This document shows positions 62,524-64,000 of a stretch of DNA of 64,000 nt, piece by piece. The stretch comes from Sphyrna mokarran (Eukaryota): positions 48,360,001 to 48,424,000 of the forward strand of contig JAGIQG010000008.1 of assembly GCA_024679065.1 (NCBI GenBank), in the 5' to 3' direction. The notes beneath the pieces were generated by a model, which ran no database searches, had not been told where the DNA came from, and saw nothing but the letters and a program-made list of their open reading frames with translations. Position numbers and translations under genes: made by a program. Position 1 is the first letter of the stretch; each line of letters begins with the position of its first letter.

Positions 62524-63689
62524 TCTGAAATGAGGTTCTTTTCATTCAAACAGGGCTTTGAAGACGAACATATTGTGTACAGTTTGAGAAATTATTCCAC
62601 CTGAGAATGCATTTTAAGATCCTGAGGCTATATTGCATTAAATGGTCAGAAATAATCCATCTCACAAACGTAACAGATAAAACTGCTGTGGTATGGGGGG
62701 TGGGGGCGGGGTGATGTGTTTGGGGGTCGCGGGGGTGGGAGGGGCAAGTTTCTATGATTTGGATTATGTGAAGAGCAGCAAGGATGGTATTGGAGAAACG
62801 TGGGTGGGGGAGGGTGTATTGGATGCAAAAAGAGCAAGATAATGGTTTCAGTGATGTTTGAATTGTTCTCAGGATGAAGGCAGACAAGGTGGAATTAAAA
62901 TGTTCCTTGGAGTTGGATAGGGTATGGGATGTGGCCGGCATTGTGTTAAATCATGCAGGGCATATGGTTCAGTCTGGGAGACCAGTTATCAAAGGGATGG
63001 AGTACGAAATATCTGGAGTTTCTGGTGTGGGTGCAAAAAAAAGCATGTTACACCGAAATGAGCAGAGCCGTCCTGAAAATCAGGTCCTAATGAAGATTTC
63101 CAAAGTATTTCTTGATGAAATACTTTGATGTAAAAAAAATGTTTGGGGCATGGGTCTCCACTGATCTTATAAGCCTGTTCTATAATCTTGTCATTAGCCC
63201 AAGAAAATCCACAGAAGCTTAGAGTAAGTCTGTCAATCTCTGCAGAGGGAACAGGAAGGCTTTGACATCTTGGGTGTGTACAGTTCACCGAAACCTGACA
63301 ATATTTTGTTGCACATTTTTCCTCAGAAAGAGAATGTGAAATGCCACTCAAAGAATGAATGGGAACAATGCATATTTATATAGCTGTTGTACCTGGAGCA
63401 AATGTGCTTAGAGTAGGATAATATCTCAGAACGCTTAGGGGAGGGAATATTGTTCTGCTTGCTTATAGAATTCCGAAACAATCCGGTAGACTTACAACTT
63501 GGCACCTCAGATGGAATTAAATGAAACAGTTGTGGTTTCTTTTTTAACAGTCCCTTTCATTAATGGGAGGCTAATCCATGTTGCAAGTTTCATTTGATGC
63601 GATATGTCGAAAATATAATAATAGTTAATATAACTGTGAGATAAATGGTTTAGTTATATTTTATATAAATGCTGATCAATATTCTTCCT

Positions 63690-63997
63690 TAAGTTTATTT
63701 ATTTATTGTCACAAATAGGCTTACATTAACACTGCAGTGAAGTTACTGTGACAATCCCCTAGTAGCCACACTTTGGTGCCTGTTCAGGTACACAGAGGGA
63801 GAACTTAACATGGTCAATGCATTTAACTAGCACATCTTTCAGACTGTGGGAGAAAACTGGAGCACTTGGAGGAAATCCACGCAGACATGGGGACAAAGTG
63901 CAGACTCCACACAGATAGTGTCTCAAGCCAGGAATCGAATCCAGGTTCCTGGTGTTGTGAGGCAGTAATGCTAACCACCATGCTACCATGCTGCCCA
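63690..63997 (-). mobile_element. V-SINE with alternative tail
   Basis: Same organisation as 24630-24918. Confidence 0.88.
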
Positions 63998-64000
63998 TAC

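Overview
Repeat-dense vertebrate genomic DNA, most likely from a shark (inferred from HE1-like V-domain SINEs, a Deu-domain SINE and the CR1 types present). No host protein-coding exon could be supported, so this is probably a large intron or gene desert. Nearly all ORFs in the track are transposon-derived, antisense shadows or low-complexity. Contents: a Gypsy-type integrase/LTR remnant; RTE, Rex1/Babar and many CR1-clade LINE copies, including one full-length ~4.7 kb CR1 with disabled ORF1 and ORF2; several SINE families; Penelope-type end remnants; a decayed Harbinger transposon plus MITEs; a tRNA-Trp pseudogene; and minisatellites. The most notable observation is a CR1 subfamily (3 copies) whose ~530-nt 3' UTR carries a splice-acceptor-like site and a whole degenerate V-SINE. 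Also notable: V-SINEs with two different LINE-type tails, a nested inverted CR1 forming an ~830-bp inverted repeat, a 129-bp-arm foldback element, a 43-bp inverted templated insertion, and several 'unique-looking' stretches that read as very old reverse-transcriptase fossils. Coordinates were read by eye and family names come from motif recognition, not database searches.
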